Source: Mobula hypostoma (lineage: Eukaryota). From it: a stretch of 64,000 bases of DNA. A model generated the notes under the pieces. That model saw nothing but the letters and a program-made list of their open reading frames with translations. It was not told the DNA's origin and ran no database searches. The position numbers and the translations under genes were made by a program. The stretch covers positions 249,552,001 through 249,616,000 of the forward strand of contig NC_086097.1 in NCBI RefSeq assembly GCF_963921235.1. The letters run 5' to 3'. Positions 26,100 to 37,783 of this stretch are shown piece by piece; the stretch's first letter is position 1, and each line of letters starts with the position of its first letter.

Positions 26100-26966
26100 A
26101 TTAGAATCTGACTAACTCGATGCACAATTTGCTTAACTGATTTTGAGTGCCACCTCATAAAAAGGCAACAAAGCCCCTCTCCTTTCAAACTAACAGTTTA
26201 TATTTTATAATTTGACTGTTCCTTTAATCATGCAACTTTTCAACATAATAAATTCCTTTGGACATCAAAGTACCGAGGAGATTAGTGCATATTAGAGATC
26301 TAAAATTAAAGCTTAACAAATACAAAGTAAAAGTCTCCCTTCCCTCTTCTCTATATCTCAACCATGCCTGTGTTCTCTTTGTTCTAGTTCTGAGGAAAAC
26401 AAACAACTCATTTGTAGCATAACTGTCGTAGTCATCCCAATAAGACCTTCCAGCTGAACTGTTATAGCCATACATGCTTGAGCTTCGGCTCCTATAATAA
26501 TAACTTCCATAACTGTTTCATCCATTTCTGTCATCATCTCTAAAATTCACGGCTACTTCTCACACCACGGAATCCATAACTTCATGAGTAACCACCTTGT
26601 TAACTACGTCCTCGCTCTCCAGAGCCTTTTCCTGCTTGGTCTACACGAATTTGCCGACCATTAACTGACTTTCCATTCAAGGCCATGGCATCCCTTGCAT
26701 CATTAGGATTTTCAAAAGTAATAAAACCAAGCCCTCTAGATTTGTCTGTCTCTTTATCTTTGATCACAAGGACATCACAAACTTCACCATACTTGGAAAA
26801 TAACTGCTCCAGTGATTGTTTGTCTGTGTCAAAGCTCATCCCACCAACAAAGAGCTTTCCTTTATCAGATATGGTTTCGTGTTTATGTGTTTTTTTTTAA
26901 ATTAGTGCTTGGCAACAACACCTCTTCCGCTCTGAAACAGCAAAATGAGAATGAAAGAGGGAAAAT
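26100..26966 (-). pseudogene. CIRBP: Processed CIRBP (cold-inducible RNA-binding protein) pseudogene within a RECK intron; CDS-like part 26404-26872
   Basis: Intronless RRM ([15 protein letters not shown]...[11 protein letters not shown]...[17 protein letters not shown]) and the CIRBP-type C-terminus SYWDDYDSYATNE. The start codon has decayed to ATA (26870-26872), TAA lies at 26600-26602, and further stops plus a frameshift occur in the RG-rich part. The 3' UTR limit is approximate. Confidence 0.88.
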
Positions 26967-26989
26967 ACTTGTTTCTGTCTTGTTTTTTC

Positions 26990-28453
26990 AGCACAAAGGT
27001 TGGGGGTGTTGTGGATAGCGTGGAGGGCTGTCAGAGGTTACAGCGGGACATCGATAGGATGCAAAACTGGGCTGAGAAGTGGAATGTGGAGTTCAACCCA
27101 GTTAAATGTGAGGTGGTTCATTTTGGTAGGTTAAATATGATGGCAGAATATAGCATTACTGATAAGGCTCTTGGCAGTGTGGAGGATCAGAGGGACCTTG
27201 GTTTCCGAGTCCATAGGACACTCAAGGCAGCTACATAGGTTGACTGTGTGGCTAAGAAGGCTTATGGTGCATTTGCCTTCAACAAACGTGGGATTGAGTT
27301 TAAGAGCCAAGAGGTGATGTTGCAGCTATACAGGACCCTGTTCAGACCCCACTTGGACTACTGTGCTCAGTTCTGTTCGCCTCCGTATAGGAAGTACGTG
27401 GAAACCATTGAAAGGGTGCAGAGGAGATTTACAAGGATGTTGCCTGGATTAGGGAGCATGCCTTATGAGGACAGGTTGAGTGAACTCAGCCTTTTCTCCT
27501 TGGAGCGGCAGAGGATGAGAAATGACCTGACAGAGGCATAGAAGATGATGAGAGGCATTGATCGTGTGGATAGCCAGAAGCTTTTTCCTAGGGCTGAAAT
27601 GGCTTACAATAGAGGGGACACACATCAAAGTTGCTGGTGAACGCAGCAGGCCAGGCAGCATCTCTAGGAAGAGGTACAGTCGACGTTTCGGGCCGAGACT
27701 CTTTGTCAGGTCTAACTGAAAGAAGAGCTAGTAAGAGATTTGAAAGAAGAGCTAGTAAGAGATTTGAAAGTGGGAGGGGGAGGGGGAGATCCAAAATGAT
27801 AGGAGAAGACAGGAGGGGGAGGGATGGAGCCAAGAGCTGGACAGGTGATTGGCAAAAGGGATATGAGAGGATCATGGGACAGGAGGCCCAGGGAGAAGGA
27901 AAGGGGGGGGGGAACCCAGAGGATGGGCAAGGGGTATAGTCAGAGGGACAGAGGGAGAAAAAGGAGAGAGAGAGAAAGAATGTGTGTATATAAATAAATA
28001 ATGGATGAGGTACGAGGGGGAGGTGGGGCATTAGCGGAAGTTTGAGAAATCAATGCTCATGCCATCAGGTTGCCTGGCCTGCTGCATTCACCAGCAACTT
28101 TGATGTGTGTTGCCTGAATTTCCAGCAACTGCAGAATTCTTCGTGTTTACAATAGAGGGGACAGCTTTAAGGTGCTTGGAAGCAGGTACAGAGGAGATGT
28201 CAGGGGTAAGTCGTTTGTTTGTTTGTTTGTTTTTTTACGCAGAGAGTGGTGAGTGCGTGGAATGGGCTTCCAGCAACAGTGGTGGAGGCAGATACGATAG
28301 GGTCTTTTAAGAGACACCAGGATAGGTATATGGAGCTTAGAAAAATAGAGGGCTATGGGTAACCCTAGGTAATTTCTAAAGTAAGTACATGTTCAGCACA
28401 GCATTTGGCACAAAGGGCCTGTGGTATTGTGCTGTAGGTTTTCTATGTTTCTA
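26990..28453 (+). mobile_element. CR1 LINE 3' half interrupted by a Penelope insertion
   Basis: TKVGGVVDS..GCQRLQRDID...FNPVKCEVVHFG; LYRTLFRPHLDYC; tail ttttctatgtttcta. Confidence 0.85.
27621..28146 (-). mobile_element. Penelope-like element 3' end with inverted terminal copy and 17-bp flanking direct repeat
   Basis: ttacaatagaggggaca at 27604-27620 and 28147-28163; ~40-bp inverted repeat 27618-27659 / 28071-28110; near-identical to 36385-36823. Confidence 0.85.
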
Positions 28454-28669
28454 AACAATATTGATCTTTCTCCTTCCACATCTGTTACCAAATCTACCGA
28501 ATACGTCCACCATTTAGTTTAAGGTTTCAAGTACTTTGCAGGGATTTTTTTTTTTTTGCTTTCATAGAAAGAGCTGAATGTTTTGGGTAGATGACCCTGT
28601 TAGAACAAAGCAATTAACATTATGCTCCAAGATAAATCAACAATTAAAAAAAATAACAACTTGACAATA

Positions 28670-29058
28670 CAATGGATTTCAGTTCATTGGGCTATTGGTT
28701 AATCAGCACAGCCGCTTATTTGGGACAATTCTTAAAAAAACAAAAACTAATAAAGAAAATTGCCGAGATTCCCTTAGTTTATTGGGACACCTTGCCACTC
28801 AACTGGAAGCAACATCAGCAGCATGCACTTGTGTGGCTGTTAGACCCTACACTGTACTTACAGAGAACAGTTTTTAAATAGCGTCAGTTGCATATGCTTG
28901 TGCTCAAACAGCTATGATATTTTGTCACTGATAGTTAGTGAGAAATAAGCAGTAAGGTAATTCCAAACTGTTTTGCTCACTGCAGTTTCAAACATTCAGG
29001 CTTGGAGATGCCAGAATTGGCCAGGAGTAAAACTGAAATGATTTCACTACTTCAACAA
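28670..29058 (+). mobile_element. Tigger/pogo-like non-autonomous fragment
   Basis: TA+CA.TGGATT start with repeated ttgggaca subterminal motifs; NCFAHCSFK-like transposase C-terminal remnant. Confidence 0.5.
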
Positions 29059-29074
29059 GGGAAAGATGGATTGC

Positions 29075-29587
29075 TCTGAGCACCAATCTGATTTGGAGAG
29101 GTCGAGAACGGCTCCTTCGACAGCGAAATCTAGGCCCAGAGCAATTCGCCGGCGGCAGGCCCAGACCCTAGTGCCAGGTTCAGACAATTTAAACGCCAGC
29201 CAAGACAGTCTCTCCACGACGCCAAGGCTGTGAGACTCCCCCCCCCCCCAACCCCCAGGCCGCTGTGCTTCGCGTCTGCGAACTTCGCGGTGATTTGCCC
29301 TGCTAATATGATGAACTCAGTACATCGGCTTTGGGCCTACGCCGGGGATTTGGGTCCAAGGACTCAATTTGCTTCAGAATGCTGTTGATGGTGTTAGCTT
29401 CTATTGTTTATATGATTTGTTTCGTGTTTTTTACCCTCCTCTGTGGGCATGGGCGGGGGGGGTGGGTTGGTCTTATTTTTTTTAATTGGGTTCTTTCGGG
29501 GCCTTTGCCTTTGGCATTTGTAAGCAAACAAACTTCAAGGTTATATAAATAATACATTCTTTGATAATAAAGTACTTTGAAACTTTC
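29075..29587 (+). mobile_element. GC-rich non-autonomous retroelement with a Rex1-type (CTTTGAA) tail
   Basis: ttgataataaagtactttgaaacttt tail shared with Rex1-type 3' ends elsewhere in the window. Confidence 0.5.
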
Positions 29588-31108
29588 AATCTCATTCAGA
29601 CATTTTCATCTCTAAATTTAGTATCTGTTGTGCAAAACTTACCTGCAAAGTGCTTTTGGACTCACTAATTTTAACCAGTATGCGATTATATAAATTCAAG
29701 TGGCATCACTGAAGCAAAAGGTTTTTATTGTTAATAGTAACTGATGTTTTAAATAGACTTCACATTGAGCTCTGACCAATAATGTACTTTGAGACGAACC
29801 TTGCCTGTGCAAATTCGTAATGGTGATGTTCATGCCAATCAAGCAAACAGACAATGCAAACTTTGGCAACGAGACATACTTTGATCCTTGACCAACACAC
29901 ACCATAGTAACAACAGTTGCTTTCAACTAAAAAATGGGCTGAGGGCAAAAACATACATTGCATAAGAATTCCTCACACAAACTACTAGTCAAGACAAAAG
30001 TGCTTTAAAAGGAAGAACACAAAAATCTTTGGACCAAATGAAGGTATGGTTAAAAATAAGTGTTCCAGGCTTTTGAAGATCTGTGGGAGACAGATGTCAA
30101 GCAGTTTCAAAGACAGAATTCTACAACAGAATAATAAACAACAAATAGTCCAATAACAGGTGGATGCAATGAAATTGTGCGAGATGGACATTCTTGGTTG
30201 GATCCAACAGTGAGGAAATAAACAAACAAGTCAGCTCAAAGAAATAAGTCAATTAGAATGGATCAAAGCTCTGATTTAAAAACTGGATAATATTCTCAGT
30301 GGAAATTTGCTGTCACGAATAACAGATGCAGAAATTTTATGTGGGAAAGGGCATCTGAAAGCAACAATTAATAGAGCATTCTGGTCATGAAAGCATGAAT
30401 TTGAGTTTGTCTGATTGTTTATTTATTTAGATACAGTGCGGAATAGTCCCTTCCATCCTTCTGAGCTGCGCCACCGAACAATCCCCGAATGAAACCCTAG
30501 CCAAATCACGGGACAAGTTACAATGCCAACCGATATGTCTTTGGACTATATTAAGAAACCAGAGTGCCCAGAGGATACCCACGCAGTCATAGGGAGAACG
30601 TACAAACTCCTTACAGGCCGTGGCCCTTTCTAGTGCCTCGCTAGAGTTGGAGGACATCCCATGCAGGTGCGAGGGCGGAAGGAAGGGGGTTTATTTTGCT
30701 GTGTTCTTTGTTGCTCTGCTGAGTATTGTGGGCATGGTTATGTTGGCGAATCAGGATGGAGAAAAGGGAAGTTTTAACTTTCTGAATAGAAAATTCTGAA
30801 ATCTCCAATTTTGAACAATAAAGTCAATAGCAAAGGCTAGAAATAGTTATCAATAAACCCTGAATCCTAAAAGGTTAGATAGTACTACTACTGTACATTG
30901 TAGACTAGTATCCAGAAGCAGAGCCAGAGTCATACTGCACAGAAGTAAGCCTTGCACACATATAGGGTACTCCAACTTTCCAGCACTTGGCCTGCCTCAG
31001 CAATTTAAGTAGATACCTAAATAATTAAATATTATGAGAATCACTGCCACCTTCATCCCCTCAGGCAGAGTTCCAGATTCCAACCACTCACTGACAGATA
31101 AAATTCTT

Positions 31109-31525
31109 AGCAACATATATAGAACGCTAGAGGAACACAGCACATCAGGCAGCAGCTATGGAAAAGAGTAAATAGTCGACGTTTCGGTCCAGTGTCTTCT
31201 TCAGGACTGGGGGGGGGGGGAAGATTCCAGAATAAAAAGGTGGGGGAGAAAGGAAAGAGGCTAACTGGAGGTGATAGATGAAGCCAGGTGGGTGGAAAAG
31301 GTCAAGGACTGGAGAAGAAAGAATATGATAGGAGAGGAGAGTGGATATATAGAGAAGGGAAGGAAGGCACCCAAAGGAAAGCAACAGGCAGATGAGAAGT
31401 GAACGGTCGGAGTAGGGAATGGCGGGGGAGGGGAGAAATGGGAGATATTTGTTCATTAGAAGGAGAAATCGATATTCATGCCATCAGTTTGGAGGGTAAC
31501 CGGACGGAATATAAGGTGTTCTTCT
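31109..31525 (-). mobile_element. Penelope-like element 3' end at an inversion breakpoint
   Basis: EEEHLIFRPG..QTDGMNIDFS-like GIY-YIG C-terminus, purine/pyrimidine-skewed 3' UTR, terminal motif. Confidence 0.8.
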
Positions 31526-33430
31526 TCCATCTACCTTTGTATCATCAGCAAAATTAGCCACAAATCCATTAATCCCATAGTCCAAATCATTGACATACAT
31601 CGTCAAAAGCTGCGGCCCCAACACCGAGCCCTGTGAAACTCCACTGGTAACCAGCAGCCAGCCAAAATAGGATCCCTTTATTCCCACTCTCTGTTTTCTG
31701 CGATCAGCCAATGCTCCACCCTTGCTACTAACTTCCCTGTAATTCATGGGCTCTTATCTTGCTAAGCAGCCTCATGTGCGGCACCTTGTCAAAGGCCTTC
31801 TGAAAATCCAAGTACACAACATCTACTACATCTCCTTTGTCGATCCTGCTTGTAATTTCCTCAAAAAATTGCAGTACGTTAGTCAAGCAGGATTTTCCTT
31901 TCAGGAAACCATGCTGGCTTTGGCCTATCTTGTCATGTGCCTCCAGGTATTTTGTAATCTCATCCCTAACAATCGATTCCAACAATTTCCCAACCACTGA
32001 TGTCAGGCTAACAGTTCTATAGTTTCCTTTCTGACACCTCCCACCCTTCTTAAATAGTGGAGTACCATTTGCAATTTTCCAGTCATCCGGTACAATGCCA
32101 GAATCTATTGATTCTTGAAAGATCATTGTGAATGCCTCCACAATCTCTCCAGGTTCTTCCTTCAGAACCCAAGGGTGCATTCCATCAGGTCCAGGAGATT
32201 TATCCACCCTCAGACCATGAAGCTTCCTGAGCACCTTCTCAGTCGTAATTTTCACTGCACATACTCCACTTCCCTGACACTCTTGAATGTCCGGTATACT
32301 GCAGATGTCTTCCACTGTGAAGACTGATGCAAAGTACGCGTTCAGTTCCTCTGCCATCCCTGCATCTCTCATTACAATATCTCCAGCGTCATTTTTTATT
32401 GGTCCTATATCTACCCTCAACTCTCTTTTGCTTTTTATATAGTCAAAAAAGTTTTCAGTATCTTCTTTGGTATTTGTCACCAGCTTTCTTTAATAGTTCA
32501 TCTTTTCCTTCCCTACTGACCTTCCTTAGTTTCCTTCTGCAAGTTTTGAAAAGCTTCCCAATCCTCTATCTTCCCACTAGCTTTGGATTCCTTGTATGCA
32601 TTCACTTTTGCTTTTACTTTGGCTCTGACTACACTTGTCAGCCACGGTAGTGTCCTTCTCCCATTTGAAAATTTCTTATTTAGAATATATCTGTCTTGCA
32701 CTTCCCTCACTTTTTGCAAAAGCTCCAGCCACTGCTGCTCTGCTGTCCTTCCTGCTAGTGTCCCTTTCCATTCAACCTTAGTCAGTTCCCCTCTCATGCC
32801 ATTGTAATTTCCTTTATTCCAGTGAAATTCCAACACATTGGAATTTAGTTTCTCCTTCTCAAATTTCAAAGTGAACTCGATGATATTGTGATCACTGTTC
32901 CCGAAGGGTTCCTTAACCTTAAGCTCTCTTATCACCTCCGGATCATTGCACAACACCCAATCCAGCACAGCTGATTTCCCCAAGTGGGCTCAACAACAAG
33001 CTGTTCTAAAAAGCCATCCCTTAGACATTCTACAAATTCTCTCGAGGCCCAGTACTGCCCTGGTTTTCCCAATCCACTTTCATGTTAAAATCCCCAACGA
33101 TTATCATGACATTGACCTTCTGACGCGCCTTTTCTATCTCCTGCTGTAATTTGTAATCCACATCCAGCTGCTGTTTGGAGGCCTGTATACAACTGCCATT
33201 CGGGTCTTTTTACCCTTGCCATTTCCTAACTCAACCCATAGAGACTCTACACCTTCCGATCCTATATCATTCCATTTTAATGATTCAGTATTATTTCTTA
33301 TACACAGGGCCACACCACCCCTTCTGCCTACTAACCTATCTTTCCAATACACTGTATATCCTTGGATGTTCAGCTCCCAATGGCAGCCATCCTTTAGCCA
33401 AGTTTCAGAGATGGCCACGTCATACCTGCT
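31526..33430 (-). mobile_element. CR1 LINE ORF2 (endonuclease through RT FADDTK); inverted 5' part of the element that continues at 33640
   Basis: ORFs 33134-33442, 32513-32983, 31728-32480 and 31484-31747 give consecutive CR1 motifs. Confidence 0.9.
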
Positions 33431-33639
33431 TGCATCATACATACTTGGGAAAAGAAAGTTTCATTTGTGAGGAGGGACTGAATTGGTTTGTTTTCCTTGC
33501 AGCAGGGGAGTCCGAGAGGGGACCTGATGGAAGTGTATACAAACTTGAGAGAGCTGAATAGGATGGATAGTATGATCCTTAGCAAGTGTAGAAAACCAGA
33601 GGAGATGGGTTTAAGGCATGGGCAGGAGGTTTAGAAAGG

Positions 33640-34512
33640 GTAGTGTTGAGGAAACAGAGAGCCTGCGGAGACACTTAGAAAGTTTAGGGGAATGTTGGAA
33701 AGTGTATGATCATGCACCTTGGTGGAAGAAATAAACAGGCAGACTATTATTCAGATTGGGAGAGAATTCAAAATGCAGAGAGGGAAAAAGAATTGAGAGT
33801 CCTTGTGCAAGATACCCTAAAGGTTAACCTCCAGGTTGAGTTGGTGGTGAAGAAGGCGAATATCATGTCGGCATTCATTTCTAAAGGTATAGAATATAAG
33901 AGCAAGGATGTGATGTTGAGGCTCTATAAGGCACTCGTGAGATCATACTTGGAGTATTGTGTGCAGTTATGGGCTCCTTATTTTAGAAAGGATAAACTGA
34001 CATTGGAGAGGGTTCAGAAAAGTGTCACAAGAATGATTCCAGGAATGAAAGGGTTACTGTATGAGGAACATCAGGCAGCTCTTGGGCTGTATTCCCTGGA
34101 GTTCAGGAGAATGAGGGGGCGGATCTCATAGAAACATTCCAAAATGTTAAAAGGCCTGAACAGATTAGATATGGCAAAGTTATTTCCCATGCTAGGGGAG
34201 TCTAGGACATGAGGGCACCACCTCAGGGATTGAAGGACGTCCATTTAGAACTGAGATGCGGAGAAATTACTTTAGCCAGAGGGTGTAAATCTGTGGAATT
34301 TATTGCCACAAGTGGTTGTGGAGGCCAAGTTATTGGGTGTATTTAAGGCAGAGATAGATAGGTTCTTGATTAGCCAGGGCATCAAAGGGTATGGGGAAAA
34401 GGCACAGGAGTGGGGATGACTGGAAGAATTGGATCAGCCCATGATGGAATGGCGGAGCAGACTCAATGGGCCAAATGGCCTACTTCTGCTCCTGTATCTT
34501 ATGGTCTTATGG
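33640..34512 (+). mobile_element. CR1 LINE 3' part with tail
   Basis: GSVEETESL..; LYKALVRSYLEYCVQLWAPY; tail tcttatggtcttatggt. Confidence 0.88.
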
Positions 34513-34514
34513 TC

Positions 34515-35280
34515 CCTTTGCACATCAGTTTTTTTGTGTTTTCTCTCCATTTAGAAAATAGTCAACCCTTTAATTTCTTCTACCAAAGTGCACGACCATA
34601 CACTTTCTGACACTTTATTCCACCTGCCATTTCTTTGCCCATTTTCCTAATCCAATTCCTTCTGTAGCCCCTCTACTTCGTCAAAACTACCTGTCCTCCA
34701 CCTATCTTCATATTGTTTACAAACTTTGTAACAAAAGCATCAATTCCATCATCCAAATCATTGACATATAATGTAATATGAATCGATCCCAACACAGACC
34801 TCTATGGAACACCACAAGTCACCGGCAGCCAGCCAGAAAAGTCTCCCTTTATTCCCACTCTTTGCCTCCTGCCAGTCAGCCACTGCTTTATCTATGCTAG
34901 AATCTTTCCTGTAATACCATGGGCTCATAGCTTGTTAAGCAGCCTCATGTGTGGCACCTGGTCAAAAGCCTTCTTAAAAAAAAATCAAATACACAACATC
35001 AACCGATTCCGCTTTCGTTTACCTTGCTTGTTATTTCTTCAAAGAATTCTGATAGATTTGTCAGGAAAGATTTTCTCTTGAGAAAGCCAAGCTGACTATG
35101 GCCTGATTTTTCACATGGCTCCAAGTACCCTGAGATCTCTTCCTTAATACATGTCCTCATAATCAAATCTAATCTAATAATCAACTCCAACACCTTCCCA
35201 ACCACTGAGGTCAGACTACCAGGCCTATAGTTTCCTTTCTTCTGCCTCTCTCCCTTCTTGAAGAGTGGAGTGACATTTAG
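34515..35280 (-). mobile_element. CR1 LINE RT fragment
   Basis: NVTPLFKKG...VGKVLE...FFEEITSK motifs, degenerate. Confidence 0.75.
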
Positions 35281-35369
35281 ATACCTTAATATAATCCTTC
35301 ACACTTATCGACACCAGTTTTCATGTTATTGCAAATCTACGTTCACATCCAGTTCCTCAAGATTGTTAT

Positions 35370-35560
35370 AGCCGGGGGTGGTAATAGCGATAAGGTCCCA
35401 CTATTTATTAAATGCTCCCAATGGCAAGGATTTCAAGTACCCTCTGATAAACAAGTCCAGCTCCTGCCTTCACATGTGGCTTAGCTACTAAACCCAACGG
35501 AACCGGTTCTACTAACAGGAGAAGGGGCAAAGGCAGGTTACTGTAGCCTTAAAACCCTGA
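35370..35560 (+). repeat. RTE-5'UTR-like interspersed repeat (second copy ~56660-56900, minus)
   Basis: Shared gccttcacatgtggcttagctactaa...ctactaacaggagaag.ggcaaagg block; the second copy ends ggagaaggaaaactc. Confidence 0.55.
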
Positions 35561-35584
35561 GGAAAAATCTGGAGCTGGAGCCCA

Positions 35585-36028
35585 CTTCTCCATGGACCGT
35601 TTCCAGACCGTTCCGGCTGACTGGAAGTGCATTGAGAGCAGTAAGCGTAAAGCAGTTGGGTGTTTACTGTTCTGGTTAACAACGGATGGTGCAATCTGGG
35701 TCATATTACGATCGAGGAACGTGTTTGTAGACCAGATATTGAACTTTTTACTGTTGGACTTCGGCCATATTCCACCGAGATTCAACACTGGGCGGCACAG
35801 GAGATTGTTCCTGCCTGTGGCCATCGAACTTACAGCTCCTCCCATGGAGAGTCAGACACCCTGAGCCAATAGACTGGTCCTGGACTTTTTTCCATCCGGC
35901 ATATTTTGCATTTTGTTGTTTGATTGTTTGTGGTTTTTGTATTGCTATATTTATGCTCTATTCTTGGTTGGTGTGGCTGTAGCGAAACACAATTTCCCTC
36001 AGGATCAATAAAGTATATCTATCTATCT
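35585..36028 (+). mobile_element. Second copy of the internally deleted Rex1/Babar derivative
   Basis: Same endonuclease-to-C-terminus junction as 19719-20542; (TATC)n tail. Confidence 0.75.
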
Positions 36029-36049
36029 AAGGGAGACCTATATTGAGTT

Positions 36050-36823
36050 TGCAAACACGAGGAAATCTGCAGATGCTACCATTCAGGGCCCCAGACAGTC
36101 CTTCCAGGTGAGGCGACACTTCACCTGCGAGTCAGCTGGGGTGACATACTGCGTCCGGCGTTCCTGATGCGGCCTTCTATATATTGGCGAGACCCAATGC
36201 AGACTGGGAGACCGTTTCACTGAACACCTTTGCTCTGTCTGCCAGAGAAAGCAGGATCTCCCAGTGGCCACACATTTTAATTCCACATCCCATTCTGATA
36301 TGTCTATCCACCGCCTCCTCTACTGTAAAGATGAAGCCACACTCAGGTTGGAGGAACAACACCTTATGTTCCGTCTGGGTAGCCTCCAACCTGATGGCAT
36401 GAACATCGACTTCTCAAACTTCCGCTAATGCTCCACCTCCCCCTTGTACCCCATCCGTTATTTATTTATTTATATACACACACATTCTTTTTCCTTCTCT
36501 CCTTTTTCTCCCTCTGTTCCTCTCACTATACCCCTTGCCCATCCTCTGGGCTTCCCCCCTCCCCCTTTCCTTTCTCCCTAGGCCTCCTGTCCCATGATCC
36601 TCTCATATCCCTTTTGCCAATCAACTGTCTAGCTCTTGGCTCCATCCCTCCCCCTCCTGTCTTCTCCTATCATTTCGGATCTCCCCCTCCCCCTTTCAAA
36701 TCTCTTATTAGCTCTTCTTTCAGTTAGTCCTGACAAAGGGTCTCGGCCCAAAACGTCGACTGTACCTCTTCCTAGAGATGCTGCCTGGCCTGCTGTGTTC
36801 ACCAGCAACTTTGATGTGTGTTG
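36050..36823 (+). mobile_element. Penelope-like element: GIY-YIG endonuclease remnant plus 3' end, 13-bp TSD
   Basis: HFTCESAGVTYC...CGLLYIGETQCRLGDRFTEH...PVATHFN...EEQHLMFRLGSLQPDGMNIDF; TSD cctatattgagtt at 36037-36049 and 36824-36836. Confidence 0.9.
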
Positions 36824-37257
36824 CCTATATTGAGTTCAATGTGACTGACAACTCCTGCGCACCTCTGCTGCCAAACTGTATCGGTCTCTATTACTCCTTT
36901 GGGTTCATCAGATGTGTGAAGATGGGGTGCTTGCTGCACAGCTTGCTCTCCACATTGTACTGCCCTGGCTTGTATATATAGACAGTTAGGACACAACATC
37001 CATGGTCAACCTTGACTTACAGAGGGCTACTACATTCACATCCAAATTGATAATGTACATAACAGCAAGACCCTGTGGTATTGTAGACTTCCAATCACAA
37101 AAAACTCTCCACCATCATTCTCTCTCCTATTACCATGCCAATTTTAGATCCAATTTGCCAACGTTCCCTCCAGCCCAGGTCTGCCATCTGAGACTTTAAC
37201 AAAGGTCCTGCTGAAGTTCGTGTTTAGTACATTAGCCATACTGACCCAGGCAACCAT

Positions 37258-37530
37258 AGGCAGCACAATAGCACAGTGGTTAGCAGAATGCTTTACTGTA
37301 CCAGTGACCTGGGTTCAATTCCCGCCACTGCCCACTAGGAGTTTGCACATTCCCTCCCTGACTGTGTTGGTTTCCTCCAGGTGCTCTAAATTCATTCCGG
37401 TTGGTAAGTTTATTGGTCATTGTAAATTGTCCCAAGATTAGACTCGGATTAAATCAGGGGATTGCTAGGTAGGACGGCTCAAATGGCTAGAAGGGCCTAT
37501 TCCACACTGTATCTCAATCAATCAAAAATA
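37258..37530 (+). mobile_element. V-SINE/HE1-like SINE
   Basis: tagcacagtggttag A-box, gggttcaattccc B-box, ggagtttgcacattc core. Confidence 0.7.
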
Positions 37531-37709
37531 AATATTAATATCTTTTGTTACTTCAAAAATTTTCAACCAAATTTATAACTCCCCAATTAAAGCCACAAAG
37601 ACAAGCTTTGTCTTTCCATTCTACCTTGTGCAAATCTGCCACCGATGGCATTTAATTTAAATGCCATTTTCCTCAACGAAGTTCAACTGATTGGAGATAC
37701 AACTTCTTG

Positions 37710-37783
37710 CAATTCTAGACAAATAACCTAAAAACAAGAGTTTTAACAATTCTAGACAAATAACCTAAAAACAAGACTTTTAA
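37710..37783. repeat. 37-bp tandem duplication (2 copies, 1 mismatch)
   Basis: caattctagacaaataacctaaaaacaaga(g/c)ttttaa x2. Confidence 0.95.

Noticed and set aside
29075..29360. CpG-rich patches (also 3570-3830, 19250-19510, 19950-20350) as the RECK promoter
   Set aside because: All lie inside retroelement-like sequence and downstream of the ATG exon.
35370..35560. HDV-like ribozyme in the RTE-5'UTR-like repeat
   Set aside because: Plausible for RTE elements, but I could not fold a complete nested double pseudoknot by eye.
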